A DNA stretch of 64,000 nucleotides from a virus, in the IMG/VR virus record IMGVR_UViG_3300020183_000010; one strand, written 5' to 3'. Position numbers and translations under genes: made by a program. Shown piece by piece: positions 20,530 through 31,318 of the stretch (positions are counted from its first letter, which is position 1; the number at the start of each line of letters is the position of its first letter). The notes beneath the pieces are model-generated. The model did no database searches. It worked only from the letters and a program-made list of their open reading frames with translations, and was not told the DNA's origin.

Positions 20530-23500
20530 TTAGTATTTTTTTTGATTAAAATCTTTTTTAAGTTCGCTAGGTAATTCTGGTATTGGGTACACAGGATCTG
20601 CTGAACCAAGAAAGAATTTAAACAATCCAGATACATCCGCTGCACTTCTTAAGAATTCATCTATATAAACAACATAGTATGTATTCTTTAAGCTCATTCT
20701 TCTCCAAGTGGGATGATCATCGCTCATGGCTATAGGATTAATAATATTTAATAAATCCCTCCCTATAAGCACCGCAAGTGGCCAAGGGATCTTAGATAAT
20801 AACTCGGAAGACGCAGACACTTTAGGAAGCACTAATAGATCTGATAAAGGTGTTTTAGGTAGGCTTTTAAAGTATGCCCAGAATAAGCTGTAAACTATCC
20901 TTGCTGGAGGTGGTGCTCCTAATCCTATTAAAGCCTGCTCTATCATATCTGTCGGCCTAGCGGGGGGAAATACAGGAGTCTTTAATACATTTAAAAAAGG
21001 CGGTACATCAGGGGAATCTGGATTAATCAATTCAGTAACTAAAGTCTTACTTATCTTCTGTATATCGTTAGTATCAAGGTTTAAAAATTTTGGAGAATTC
21101 ACATCATTTATTTCGGGAAAGATCTTTTCTAACCCGCCTGAATCAAGACTCTTAATTAATGCTTCAGATAGGAATGACTTTATTTGAGACCCAGGAATAG
21201 TAACCTGTATGATTCCGCCCAGTCCAGGAGTTTGTGATATTTGGTCCTGTTTTAGTGGAAATACAGTAGGAAGTTCAAAAGCAGCTACTGCATTACCGAA
21301 TCCACCATTAAGTGATCCAAGGCATGATAAGGGTCCTTTAGGATAAGGAAATCTAGAAATAAGTGGTTCTTCTACATCGAGAGGTCTAACAGGATCAAAT
21401 GGACCTATCCTACTTAATCCTAGCTTTTTAGATATTAGTTTTTTAAGGTCCTTAACTCTTATTACTAAAATAGGATTTTCACCCTCATATCTAACATATC
21501 TAGAAAAATCCTCAGTGCTATATTCTATTTTAGATAATCCATCCATTATCCTTATCTTCATAGCTTCTATTATAGGATTTTTCTTTTTTAAAAATTTTAA
21601 AGCCCCTGGTGCTGAATTTGTTATTTTAATTTCTGGAAATTTAAAAATCCCTTCATATTCCCCATTTTCAACTATAGAGAATGCCCCTTCTCTTACTTTT
21701 TTTATAACCGAAAATTTATTTCCACGGAGTATAACATTTGTTATAACCAGGGAGGCATTTCTTATGTCCTTAACTAGATCTTCAAACTCTATGTCTGTCA
21801 TAAGTCTAGGGTCCTTGTCCTTTCTTATAAATATTTTACTCGAATTGGCGACATCAAAATTTTCTATCGCATATTTAGGAGGACAAACTATACGCATTAG
21901 TTTTAGTACCTCCCTCATTTCATCCTTAAAGTTTATGAAGTCTGGACAATCGATTGGTACTAAACTCGATTTCATCTCCTTTAGTATTCTAAGGGATTTT
22001 ATTATTCCTGGTACATCTATTTTTAATTTATCCTTATCCTTAGGAAAGTATATTGATTTAGGATCTGGTATGCTATTTTTTATATAATCATTTATAGTTT
22101 CTTTAAGTACTTCCTTCCTTTGGTTTACTATGGCTTTTAGCTCCTCAGTTTCAGCAGAAATATCAGGTTTAGGAGAATCTATAAGAGCAGACTTTTTTTT
22201 ATGTTCTTTTTCTTTATCTCTTATTTTTTTCTTAAGATCTCTTTCCTTATCTTGTATATCTCTAATTTTTTGTACATTTCCTGGAGGTGGAACGCTATCA
22301 AAAACCTTATTAAGATTCGATTTAATATCACCAAGAACCCTAACTGAAGAGTCTAGGTTATCCAATCCAAATCCGGGAAGAGGTATTAATTTATCAGGAA
22401 CTCCAAAAGATAATGCTTGTTTTATTTTTTCAAAAGGATCCTTTATTTTAGGACCCGACTTTCTTGGTATAAATCTAGGTCCTCTTATTCCAGTTAAGAA
22501 TAAAGAACTCCCTGTTATAAATTCTTTTATATAAACCAGAGGAGTAGGCATAAATCCACCTATGAAAGGTATAAATATTACTATTATTCCTAGATTAAAT
22601 GGAAGAGGTATTAAAATAGGAGGAACTATAGTCCATATCATAGGAAGGGGTATCCTAATATAAGGTTGTCCGTCTATAGGATTAGGAAAAGGAATCGGTA
22701 TAAAAGCAGGAGGTAGATATCCTACTGGCCAATATTTAAGACCGAGTCTAACTGAAGGACCCTGCGATAAAAAATATTTAGGATCCTCTATAGGAGGAAG
22801 ACCATTAGGATATGGTAGTAATCCAACTTTAGTTACGTCTTTACAGAATTGCTTCCACCAACATCTCTGAAACATAGTAGGACAATCAGAACTTGGAGGA
22901 GATGACATTAAATAATTTCCCGTATTAAAATCAGATCCAGGTTCTCCGCAGCAGACAGGTGGACAATTTTCTTTGTCATTTTCTTCAGGAATAGGATTTG
23001 CTCCTGCACATTTTATATCAGAAAATCTTTTACCAACATTATCAGGGCTAATAGAATTATTTGCTTCCTCTATTTTTTGAGCAGCCAATAACATTATCTC
23101 TTTTATCTGCTCGTATTTCTTTTTTACATCGAAGTAGTTTTCTAGTATTCTTATTCCTATAACATCAGATGCAGGGAGGGTTTTTGCCAATCCCTCTCCA
23201 GCTTTTCTAGCTTGTTCTTTAAGCTTTTTTATAGCAGGATCTATAAATTGGTTTTTGTTTTCTATGTACTTAGAATTCCATTTATTTTTAAAATTGCTAT
23301 AGAAATCAGTAAAAACTGGGGTTGGCTCCCCCGAATCAGTAAAACTAGATGGTCTGGTTTTAGAAGGGTCTCTAGCGTCATTGTCCCCCCTTTCATCCGC
23401 AGTAAAAAACAACCAATTAGAAGAAGATTTTTCTATAAGATTACCATAAAGAATACCTCTATCATCTACTATTTTTTTTATTATACTTTCCTTAGAGTCG

Positions 23501-25632
23501 TTAGTTTTTATAATTTTTTCTATAAAATCATAGAATTTAGCAACATCAGGGAATCCAGTTTTTATATTGTTTATTTTTATAAATTGGTAAGACTTTAAAT
23601 ACTCAGGGGAATAATCTCCCAGTAAACCTCCATTATCTGAATGTTCATTACCGATCTTTATTTTTTGTTCATCTGGTTCTGAAACTTCAGAAAGGGGTTC
23701 AGAACTAGAACCGCTAAAACTTATTTTAGAAGGTTTTTTAGTTTTTTTATACGGTAGGGGTGATCCATAATCAGTAACAAAAGATAGTTCAAATTGTAAC
23801 TCACCAAGCGATTTAACAAATTTTGTTTTGTATCTAACAGAGAAGTCTTCTAGGGATTTTAAAAAATCATACCCATAAGAATCATATGTGTATGAAGTTC
23901 CTGTTAAAGTTATTTCAAGGGGACTTTTAAAAACCCTTTCGTTTATATCTAGAGATGAATTACCCTGTCCATAAACATCGGAGGTTGCAGTGTTACTAGG
24001 AATAAATGATTTTTCGACATCGTTTATTGTAACAGGTGATTGTTTTTTCTCTGAAAGGCTAGATACAGCTGCATCTAATAAATTTTGGGTTTCTTGTATT
24101 TTTTCTTCTATAATAGATATAAAATTACCCTCAATCATTATGGATCTTATATCCTCTATATTCTCTTTAAACTTATTAATACCTAAATTAATCGGCCAAG
24201 ATTGTGTTGATTCGTCATAAGTCAATGGTGATAATCCAGCAGCTATCTGGTTGTTAAATAATTGCTCAAGATCTGAATCACTCAATTCAGTATCATATAC
24301 ATCTAACAAAAAAAGCTCTTCCGTAAATATGTTATTATTTTCAAGAAATATAGTCTTATCATTATTATAGTTCTGAATCTGATTTATAAGTTCCTTTTGA
24401 TATACATTAATCTGATCGTTGTATGTTAATATTGATATACCTATTTGGAAATCGCTAGGATCTCCTCCTTCGTTTTTAGGAACCCTCGATATCCAATTCT
24501 CATACAATGATTTTTGATATTCATATATTGCTTCATAATGATATAATATCTCCTCAAGATTCCTCTCTATCATTTGCCATCTAGCAAGAAGCTTAATATC
24601 ATCTTCTAATTTTTTGCTCTTTTCTAAAGCAGAGGAAACACAAGCATCTATAGCATTTACATCTACTGTAGGCGGTTCTGGATCGCTAACTTCCTCCCTT
24701 TTAAATTCGTAAACTGGAGGATCACAAAAATCAGAAGAAGCTTCCTCAAAACTAGATTTAGTTAATAAAGGATCTCCAGTTATCGGATCCTCCGGAACAC
24801 CAGGTAAACAGTCATCATCTATTATAGGGTCGTCACCATCTGGATAAAAATTAGCATCAAAAGCATCTATTCTTTCAGATTCCGTGTTCTCGTCAATGTC
24901 TTTAAAATCACAAGGATTTGAATTACTATTTTGTGTTTTTAGGATGCTATTTATTTTTTCTAAAGCTCCATCTAAACTTATATCATCTCCTCCTATTTTA
25001 ACATGAACTATTTGTGTTTTGTTCATTATAAACTGTAGAGGAATCTCAAATCCTAGGACCTTCATTTTTCTTTTCTTCCTAGATCCAGAATTAGAGGGTT
25101 TACCTAATAATAGAGGATCTAAATTATCAAAGATCTTCTCGTTTATTTTTTCCAATAAATTAGGATTCTTGCTTTTAATATACTTAGTAATACCATCGGA
25201 TGGTATTTTTTTAGAAAACCCTAAGTCTCTATTCCCCGCAATTTTTACTCCTAGATTATTTTCTGATATAGGCAAGTTGTTTTTATATTCTTTAGATTGT
25301 AAAAGAGATCTATACAATTTTGGATCCTCTTTTTTAATTGATTCTAATAATATTCTGCTATACAAATCATCTCCCTCATATTTACAAGAAAGATCTTCTA
25401 TTTCTTTAATTGGTATTGGCGGGGGTTGTGGCTTTAGACTTTCTATTATTGAATCTACTTCCTTTTGACTTTTCTCTAGTTCTTTATCAAATCCCTCCTT
25501 AGACTGTAAGTCCTCATAGGGTATATTAAAATCTTGTCCACCTGATATTATATTTAATATCTCATCAGCAGACATTTGTGAAAAGTCCTTTCCTAATAAA
25601 TCATCTATTCTAGATCCTATATCCTCAGCCAT
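20530..25632 (-). CDS. Large hypothetical protein (1700 aa), probably baseplate/tail associated
   Basis: 1 nt from the gp5-like gene; coiled coils, Cys cluster and Pro-rich hydrophobic segment. Confidence 0.55.
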   Translation of the reverse strand: MAEDIGSRIDDLLGKDFSQMSADEILNIISGGQDFNIPYEDLQSKEGFDKELEKSQKEVDSIIESLKPQPPPIPIKEIEDLSCKYEGDDLYSRILLESIKKEDPKLYRSLLQSKEYKNNLPISENNLGVKIAGNRDLGFSKKIPSDGITKYIKSKNPNLLEKINEKIFDNLDPLLLGKPSNSGSRKKRKMKVLGFEIPLQFIMNKTQIVHVKIGGDDISLDGALEKINSILKTQNSNSNPCDFKDIDENTESERIDAFDANFYPDGDDPIIDDDCLPGVPEDPITGDPLLTKSSFEEASSDFCDPPVYEFKREEVSDPEPPTVDVNAIDACVSSALEKSKKLEDDIKLLARWQMIERNLEEILYHYEAIYEYQKSLYENWISRVPKNEGGDPSDFQIGISILTYNDQINVYQKELINQIQNYNNDKTIFLENNNIFTEELFLLDVYDTELSDSDLEQLFNNQIAAGLSPLTYDESTQSWPINLGINKFKENIEDIRSIMIEGNFISIIEEKIQETQNLLDAAVSSLSEKKQSPVTINDVEKSFIPSNTATSDVYGQGNSSLDINERVFKSPLEITLTGTSYTYDSYGYDFLKSLEDFSVRYKTKFVKSLGELQFELSFVTDYGSPLPYKKTKKPSKISFSGSSSEPLSEVSEPDEQKIKIGNEHSDNGGLLGDYSPEYLKSYQFIKINNIKTGFPDVAKFYDFIEKIIKTNDSKESIIKKIVDDRGILYGNLIEKSSSNWLFFTADERGDNDARDPSKTRPSSFTDSGEPTPVFTDFYSNFKNKWNSKYIENKNQFIDPAIKKLKEQARKAGEGLAKTLPASDVIGIRILENYFDVKKKYEQIKEIMLLAAQKIEEANNSISPDNVGKRFSDIKCAGANPIPEENDKENCPPVCCGEPGSDFNTGNYLMSSPPSSDCPTMFQRCWWKQFCKDVTKVGLLPYPNGLPPIEDPKYFLSQGPSVRLGLKYWPVGYLPPAFIPIPFPNPIDGQPYIRIPLPMIWTIVPPILIPLPFNLGIIVIFIPFIGGFMPTPLVYIKEFITGSSLFLTGIRGPRFIPRKSGPKIKDPFEKIKQALSFGVPDKLIPLPGFGLDNLDSSVRVLGDIKSNLNKVFDSVPPPGNVQKIRDIQDKERDLKKKIRDKEKEHKKKSALIDSPKPDISAETEELKAIVNQRKEVLKETINDYIKNSIPDPKSIYFPKDKDKLKIDVPGIIKSLRILKEMKSSLVPIDCPDFINFKDEMREVLKLMRIVCPPKYAIENFDVANSSKIFIRKDKDPRLMTDIEFEDLVKDIRNASLVITNVILRGNKFSVIKKVREGAFSIVENGEYEGIFKFPEIKITNSAPGALKFLKKKNPIIEAMKIRIMDGLSKIEYSTEDFSRYVRYEGENPILVIRVKDLKKLISKKLGLSRIGPFDPVRPLDVEEPLISRFPYPKGPLSCLGSLNGGFGNAVAAFELPTVFPLKQDQISQTPGLGGIIQVTIPGSQIKSFLSEALIKSLDSGGLEKIFPEINDVNSPKFLNLDTNDIQKISKTLVTELINPDSPDVPPFLNVLKTPVFPPARPTDMIEQALIGLGAPPPARIVYSLFWAYFKSLPKTPLSDLLVLPKVSASSELLSKIPWPLAVLIGRDLLNIINPIAMSDDHPTWRRMSLKNTYYVVYIDEFLRSAADVSGLFKFFLGSADPVYPIPELPSELKKDFNQKKY

Positions 25633-25633
25633 A

Positions 25634-26539
25634 TTACACTCCTGTTATTCCGCTAGTTCCTGAAGTTCCGCTAGTTCCGCTAGTACCTGAAGTTCCACTA
25701 TTAGGTATACCAGTCGGAGAATCAGCATTAGCAGGTACTACTGGAAACTCAGGAGCATTTTCTCTTGTAACTCTTACAGTTTGACTTGTTGCTAATTGCT
25801 CAAAGCTAGAAGCTAGAGTTGAATTAACACCAGGGGTTGCTGGCATTTTACTGTCTACAGATATTGCTAATTTTTTTAAAAAATCCCACAAAGGCTCAGC
25901 ACAAACTGCAGAAAAAAGAGGAGAGTGTCCAAGATTAGTTGTTTTTCCATCCATCCAAACTTCTTCAGAACTGTGCTTTATTCTTGTTACTGCAGTATTT
26001 TCTATTTCCTGGTCAGCATACTTAGTTATCTTACCACCCTTAAGTTCAATTGATGCAGTGTCGTCTGCGTGTGTAATTAGTATAGAGTTATCATTCCTTA
26101 TTATTATCTTAGACTCCTTTAAATCTATTACCAATCCCTTCTCTACAGTATAATACATTTTCAATCTTTCTATCCCATCATATATCAAAGAATGAGCTCC
26201 GTCATAACTTGTTCTGATCTCGTCGATAAGATCTGGTGATAATTCTTGAACAGCTTTATACTCGGGGCTGTAATAGTTTCCGTTATTAAATTGAACGTGT
26301 ACAACAGATCCCAATTTAGGTACAGATATCCTTCCAGATCCACCACCTAATCCATAGCTTTGTTCAAATCTTTGGTGTGACCAAGGGAGATCCGTATCTG
26401 GTAATTCATCGAATACGCCAAAGATTCTAATCTTAGCTCTCCCTTTGAATTCTGGATCTTTATTATCTACAACAACTCCTAGATAGTGTGATATCTCCGT
26501 GTTAGGTTTCTCTAATTTATTTCTGTCTACTAATCCCAT
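25634..26539 (-). CDS. Baseplate hub/spike protein, gp5/VgrG OB-fold type
   Basis: YLGVVVDNKDPEFKGRAKIRIFG...LPW...VPKLGSVVHVQF...PEY motif followed by beta-helix-like repeats; no lysozyme domain. Confidence 0.85.
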   Translation of the reverse strand: MGLVDRNKLEKPNTEISHYLGVVVDNKDPEFKGRAKIRIFGVFDELPDTDLPWSHQRFEQSYGLGGGSGRISVPKLGSVVHVQFNNGNYYSPEYKAVQELSPDLIDEIRTSYDGAHSLIYDGIERLKMYYTVEKGLVIDLKESKIIIRNDNSILITHADDTASIELKGGKITKYADQEIENTAVTRIKHSSEEVWMDGKTTNLGHSPLFSAVCAEPLWDFLKKLAISVDSKMPATPGVNSTLASSFEQLATSQTVRVTRENAPEFPVVPANADSPTGIPNSGTSGTSGTSGTSGTSGITGV

Positions 26540-26561
26540 TTATAATTGTACCTGAATATTA

Positions 26562-29066
26562 CTAATTGTTTTCATTACCTGATGAAGGATATACTCTTCC
26601 TATATTAGATACATTGATCGATCGGTTGGAAATCTTGTATTGATCATCATTTAAAGATTCATAATTTCTACCAGGTGTACCTAGGTCTCTTCCAGGTACA
26701 GTTCTATAAACATCATCATTTATCTGAGAATTAACATTAGGTGGTACGTCATAAGAGGTTTCACTAACGCTAGGGTAAACATTTTTAGATTCCTTGTATA
26801 CCTCCCCTAGATTTTCTTCCGTTAATTTTATCTCTTGAGAATAAACCCTATCATTTATCTCGGAATATTTATTAGAATTTTCTGGATAAACATCACCTAT
26901 GTTGTCTATTGGCAATGATTCTGATTCATCATATTCTTTATCACTTATATTAGAATAAGAATTATTGGCATCATCATAAACCTTTCCAATATTATCGGTT
27001 TCGTCGGTTGTTCCAGAAGGATAAGTGTCTTCACTAATTCCTGGATATTGCCTATCAGGAAGTCCTAAATCTGATCCTGGGTTATTATTATAGACATCGT
27101 CGTTAGTCTCTGGATAATTCCTATCAGGAACACCTAGGCTATTTCCTGGTACATCGTTATATTCATCCCCTCCTGGTTCGGGATATTGTCTATCAGGAAG
27201 TCCTGAATCAGTACCAGGATTAGTAAGATATACATCTCCTTTTAATAAAGGATATACCCTTCCTGGTACTCCTGAATCAGATCCTGGTACATTCTTGTAT
27301 TCATCTCCACCTGGTTTAGGATATTGCCTATCAGGTAATCCTAAATCTGTTCCTGGATTATTCGGATAAACATCTCCGCTAGCTGTACCTTGATTTCCTG
27401 ATGTGTTACTATAAGCAGTTCCTAAATTCTGTTGATTTGAGCCTGGAACATTTTTATACTCATCAACATCTTCAGATATCTCTGGATATTGTCTTTGTCC
27501 TGGGCCACCCAGACCTTGTCCTTGTGGTGTATTATCTGCGAAAGGATTAGGTATCCCTTCTTTTAATGTATTCCTAAGAGATTGAAAACTTCTACCAGCC
27601 GCACCAGGATTAATTCCACCTAATCCATAAATATTACCTAATAAAGCTCCTTGTAGTATCTGTACCCCCTGGTCTTTAAGATCAGCTACACTGTTTGTTA
27701 TAAAATTAGAAGCCAAGCTAGCAAAATACTCAGCAGGATTAGGCTTATCGTCAAAGGTAAGCGATTCTAATCCCTCTGTTCCTGTATAATCATAATCCGT
27801 GTAATCGTTCTTAATAGATCCCCAAACATCTGAAAGTACCATTTGTTTAACCGCATCGTCTTTTTGTATAACATCAGCAAGTTCATTAAACTGTATTTTA
27901 AGATCCTTAACCCTACCTACGTGTATTTTAAATTTGCTAGTAACTGCAGATCCGCCTTTATTGTCTATTGAACTAAAAGAGGGATAAGATTCATCGAAAT
28001 CAAACTCACATTGATCAAATTGGTATATAAAAGCATACGGTCCTAAAGTATAAGAACCAAATTTATCCTCTGAATCTATACCTTTATTTGTTTTTAAACC
28101 GTTTGTGGATTTCTGTAAAAGTCCTGCTGTCTCGTTTAAGAATCCTGTCTGACTATTAAAACTATCTACGAAATTAGCCGCTTGTGCTACAGAAGGTATA
28201 GAGAAAGGATTTAAAACATCATTTATTCCATAACTCATTTGTATATTTCTTATCTCAGATACAACAAGCCACATTCTAAATTTTCTAAGGTTTTCAGGTA
28301 CCATTACCCTGTGATATGTGTAATCGTATATAGCCTTTCTGTAAAGTTCAGACAAAGAGAACATCCTCATATCAATCGATTCCAAGCAATCTATATTTAA
28401 TGTTCCCATCCTCTGGGGTTTACCTCCGGCCTTATGTAAATTTTTTATATCAACTTTTAATAATTGATCTAATCCACTAATAGATTGAAAGTAATAAGGA
28501 CATTTTTCATTTATAAATCTTAGCCCTTTTTTAAATGCCTCAAGCATTTGTCTTCTTTTGACTGATCTTTGCCCCAAAAAATTCTGGGCTCCCATATATC
28601 CTACACCACCGCCGTTTATATTAAAAGCCCCAACATCAGCTCTAGAATTTATAACAAATTTACTACCATAGAAAAAATCAGTATTGCTAGTAAAATTAGA
28701 TGTTAATTTCTCGCGGGTATTTTCTATTAGCTCATTCCTTGCTTCAGGACTATTAGGACTTATTGCCTCTGTAGCATCTTGAATTGCATCTATATTTACA
28801 ACATTACCAACTGAATCCCTTGTTGCGCTTCTAAAAAGGGGGGAGGGAGCTAAGAAAGTCTCGGGATCCATTTCTGAAGTATCACCAAAATCAAATATAA
28901 ATCTAAAATGTAAATAAGTGGGATCTTCTTTTTTACCGTGTTTAGTTGATGATATACCTTTTAAAAAGGTTTCTCTTTTCCCGTCTATTTTTCTATTTAA
29001 GGCATCACCATTTGGTAAAACCTTATCTCCTAATGATCCTCCAAAATCTGATAAGAAATCTGCCAT
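26562..29066 (-). CDS. Putative baseplate/tail-tube-related protein with C-terminal 23-aa repeats
   Basis: Position between gp5-like and hub-like genes; repeats of the type DVYPNNPGTDLGLPDRQYP. Confidence 0.5.
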   Translation of the reverse strand: MADFLSDFGGSLGDKVLPNGDALNRKIDGKRETFLKGISSTKHGKKEDPTYLHFRFIFDFGDTSEMDPETFLAPSPLFRSATRDSVGNVVNIDAIQDATEAISPNSPEARNELIENTREKLTSNFTSNTDFFYGSKFVINSRADVGAFNINGGGVGYMGAQNFLGQRSVKRRQMLEAFKKGLRFINEKCPYYFQSISGLDQLLKVDIKNLHKAGGKPQRMGTLNIDCLESIDMRMFSLSELYRKAIYDYTYHRVMVPENLRKFRMWLVVSEIRNIQMSYGINDVLNPFSIPSVAQAANFVDSFNSQTGFLNETAGLLQKSTNGLKTNKGIDSEDKFGSYTLGPYAFIYQFDQCEFDFDESYPSFSSIDNKGGSAVTSKFKIHVGRVKDLKIQFNELADVIQKDDAVKQMVLSDVWGSIKNDYTDYDYTGTEGLESLTFDDKPNPAEYFASLASNFITNSVADLKDQGVQILQGALLGNIYGLGGINPGAAGRSFQSLRNTLKEGIPNPFADNTPQGQGLGGPGQRQYPEISEDVDEYKNVPGSNQQNLGTAYSNTSGNQGTASGDVYPNNPGTDLGLPDRQYPKPGGDEYKNVPGSDSGVPGRVYPLLKGDVYLTNPGTDSGLPDRQYPEPGGDEYNDVPGNSLGVPDRNYPETNDDVYNNNPGSDLGLPDRQYPGISEDTYPSGTTDETDNIGKVYDDANNSYSNISDKEYDESESLPIDNIGDVYPENSNKYSEINDRVYSQEIKLTEENLGEVYKESKNVYPSVSETSYDVPPNVNSQINDDVYRTVPGRDLGTPGRNYESLNDDQYKISNRSINVSNIGRVYPSSGNENN
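27020..27500 (-). repeat. Coding tandem repeat, about 69-bp (23-aa) units alternating in two subtypes
   Basis: Repeated ggatattg(c/t)ctatcagg and atcctgg/ttcctgg blocks; protein GDVY..NPG.DLGLPDRQYP / GDEY..VPG...GVP.R.YP. Confidence 0.8.
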
Positions 29067-29072
29067 GTCTTT

Positions 29073-30695
29073 TTAAGTATTATATATGTCACTTTTTAAC
29101 CTCTGTGTGTTTTCTTGTAAATTATACGAAACATTTTTAGCAAGATCATTAAAATCTGCATCAAATATTTTAGGATCTAAAGAAATAGGCTCTGAACCTA
29201 ATCCAGGATTTAGTGACCATTGTTTTTTACCAAGTAGCATCGATTGGTATATTCCTTGTTCATCGTACTCTATATTAAAACCAAGAACAACATAATTTCC
29301 AGATAAAAAAGCATTTATATTTCTTTTGTCTGATTCATTAGCTAGAGATGATTTTTGGCCTCCTACTGGATTATAAGTAAAAGACGAGCTAACAGAAGCA
29401 CTACCCTCGGAAAAAATAGCTACAGGAAAAGTCTGACCTCTATATAAAAAAGGCGTCCATGCTCTGTTTTTAACTTTAAGTATTATTTTATATGAATCAT
29501 TTCTATTTAAAATATTCTGTATCGAAGCCTGCTGAAAATTCTCATGGACATTATCGAAATACATAGTACCTATATAGGTTTTCTTTACCTCTTCCTTATA
29601 TAGGTCTTCACCCAATCTTCCCTTATTCAAAGTATCTCTAGCACCTAAATTTTTATTCGTGACAGACTCAATGTCATATTCTATAAATTTATTTTTAGGT
29701 TTATCCGATACTAGTTTGGAGTCATAAAATTGTATTTTTTGAAAATATCCTAGATCCTTGTTTATACTACCTGCATTTTGCTCGATAGACATATCCGTTA
29801 TAAATAGAGGTGATTTACTAAATTGTGTAGAGTTAGTAAGTAAAAGAGGGAATTCTACCTCGTGGGTTTCTGAGGCTCCTCCCCCAGGAAAAGTATCACC
29901 GAACGAATCTGCCCCATAAGCCATCCTCATGTTTTCCAACTTAGGGTTAACGTCGTCGAATTGTTTTTTTAGGTTTATTAAATTTATATTATAGTATTGA
30001 TCTATCCAACAATCAAAATAGTCCTCCTCACCCAGCCACGAATTATTTACTATATCTCTTATTAATGTCTGATAATCTAAATTAGGAGATATCCAATTCA
30101 TAGAATCCTTTGTTCTAGCTTCGTTGGAGGCATATCCTAATCCTAGATCCTCCGCTATTTTTAATAAAGCATCAGAGCTGTTACCATTAAAGCTTTTACA
30201 TATATGCTTATAAAGTTTAGGTATCCTAACTTCAGCCATTACGGTGTATGACTGATATTTACCTGTAGATGGAGTATAATCGGTATAAGGTCCTCCGTTA
30301 AAGGGAGAGATTACCTCGTTTATTATAAAATCCATTCTTATAGGCTTAAACATTTCACCATACGGTCTTATGTATATAGAAACTAAATCTCCATCTTTTG
30401 GATATGATGTAGTTATAAATTTTTCATCCAGCGTTTCAAATCTAAAAATAAGCTTTGGCTTAAATCCAGTAAGATCTAATTTAAAGTATTGTAATCCGCT
30501 TATTATTTCGGTATTTATTCTAACAAGGGGTGAAACTGAACCGAAATATTTTTTTTGAACATTTCCCGATTTTTCATCATTGGATCCAAGATCCCCTTCT
30601 TGGCTAGAAGTATCAAGAACACTCAGCTCATCCAGAAATATATCAGGATTCCTGTACTGTAGTATTGTCTTTCTTATGTTTATTTCTGCAGGCAT
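29073..30695 (-). CDS. Putative baseplate hub protein (gp27/gpD-like)
   Basis: Position next to gp53/gp5-like genes; LKIAEDLGLG, WIDQYYNINLINL and C-terminal FLSGNYVVLG segments. Confidence 0.5.
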   Translation of the reverse strand: MPAEINIRKTILQYRNPDIFLDELSVLDTSSQEGDLGSNDEKSGNVQKKYFGSVSPLVRINTEIISGLQYFKLDLTGFKPKLIFRFETLDEKFITTSYPKDGDLVSIYIRPYGEMFKPIRMDFIINEVISPFNGGPYTDYTPSTGKYQSYTVMAEVRIPKLYKHICKSFNGNSSDALLKIAEDLGLGYASNEARTKDSMNWISPNLDYQTLIRDIVNNSWLGEEDYFDCWIDQYYNINLINLKKQFDDVNPKLENMRMAYGADSFGDTFPGGGASETHEVEFPLLLTNSTQFSKSPLFITDMSIEQNAGSINKDLGYFQKIQFYDSKLVSDKPKNKFIEYDIESVTNKNLGARDTLNKGRLGEDLYKEEVKKTYIGTMYFDNVHENFQQASIQNILNRNDSYKIILKVKNRAWTPFLYRGQTFPVAIFSEGSASVSSSFTYNPVGGQKSSLANESDKRNINAFLSGNYVVLGFNIEYDEQGIYQSMLLGKKQWSLNPGLGSEPISLDPKIFDADFNDLAKNVSYNLQENTQRLKSDIYNT

Positions 30696-30698
30696 TCC

Positions 30699-31304
30699 TT
30701 ATCTTTTAAAAATATTCTTTTGTGCTAGTTTAGTTTTTATATCAGTAACAGAAACATTCTTTTTGGTTCTGCTTTTACATTGTCCTATATCTGGTCCAAA
30801 TATTAATCTTCCCTCCGTAACCAAGATTTGCTGTTGTCCCTCCTGTAGAAGGTTAGGTGGGAGTGGTGTTTCTGCAAGATTAGAAACGTTTTTAGAATTA
30901 AGGTATTCCAATCTATCCTTGCTAACCTGAGATATTTTATCCTGTAGTTCTTTTCTGAATGATCTTGCTTTTTGTTTCTGATTAGTTGCAGGTTTTCCGC
31001 TTTTAAATAGATCTTTAACCATTTGATCCCCAGGAACTAATAAAATTTCACCCACGTTAACACTTAGAGGATTAGAAATATTATTAAGCTTTAAAAGTGT
31101 ACCTAATTTAGATGAATCTGATAGATATTGCATAGAAACAAGATCAGGCCTCATTTTAGTCTCATCAGTAACAAAAGCTATAGCTTTTATAGAATATCTA
31201 ACACTTCTTGCTATCCAAGAAGGCGCTAACAAGTCTAGAAATCTCTCCTGTGTATCGGGATTGGTAAAAAAAGGCTTATCGTTTATAATGTCTATTGAAA
31301 GCAT
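30699..31304 (-). CDS. Baseplate wedge protein, gp53/LysM-like
   Basis: RPDLVSMQY...LLKLNNISNPLSVNVGEILLVP motif. Confidence 0.75.
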   Translation of the reverse strand: MLSIDIINDKPFFTNPDTQERFLDLLAPSWIARSVRYSIKAIAFVTDETKMRPDLVSMQYLSDSSKLGTLLKLNNISNPLSVNVGEILLVPGDQMVKDLFKSGKPATNQKQKARSFRKELQDKISQVSKDRLEYLNSKNVSNLAETPLPPNLLQEGQQQILVTEGRLIFGPDIGQCKSRTKKNVSVTDIKTKLAQKNIFKR

Positions 31305-31318
31305 ATTCTATTTTTTAA

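Noticed and set aside
7995-25632. Introns, inteins or homing endonucleases in the large genes
   Set aside because: No LAGLIDADG, HNH, GIY-YIG or intein splice motifs recognised and the ORFs are uninterrupted
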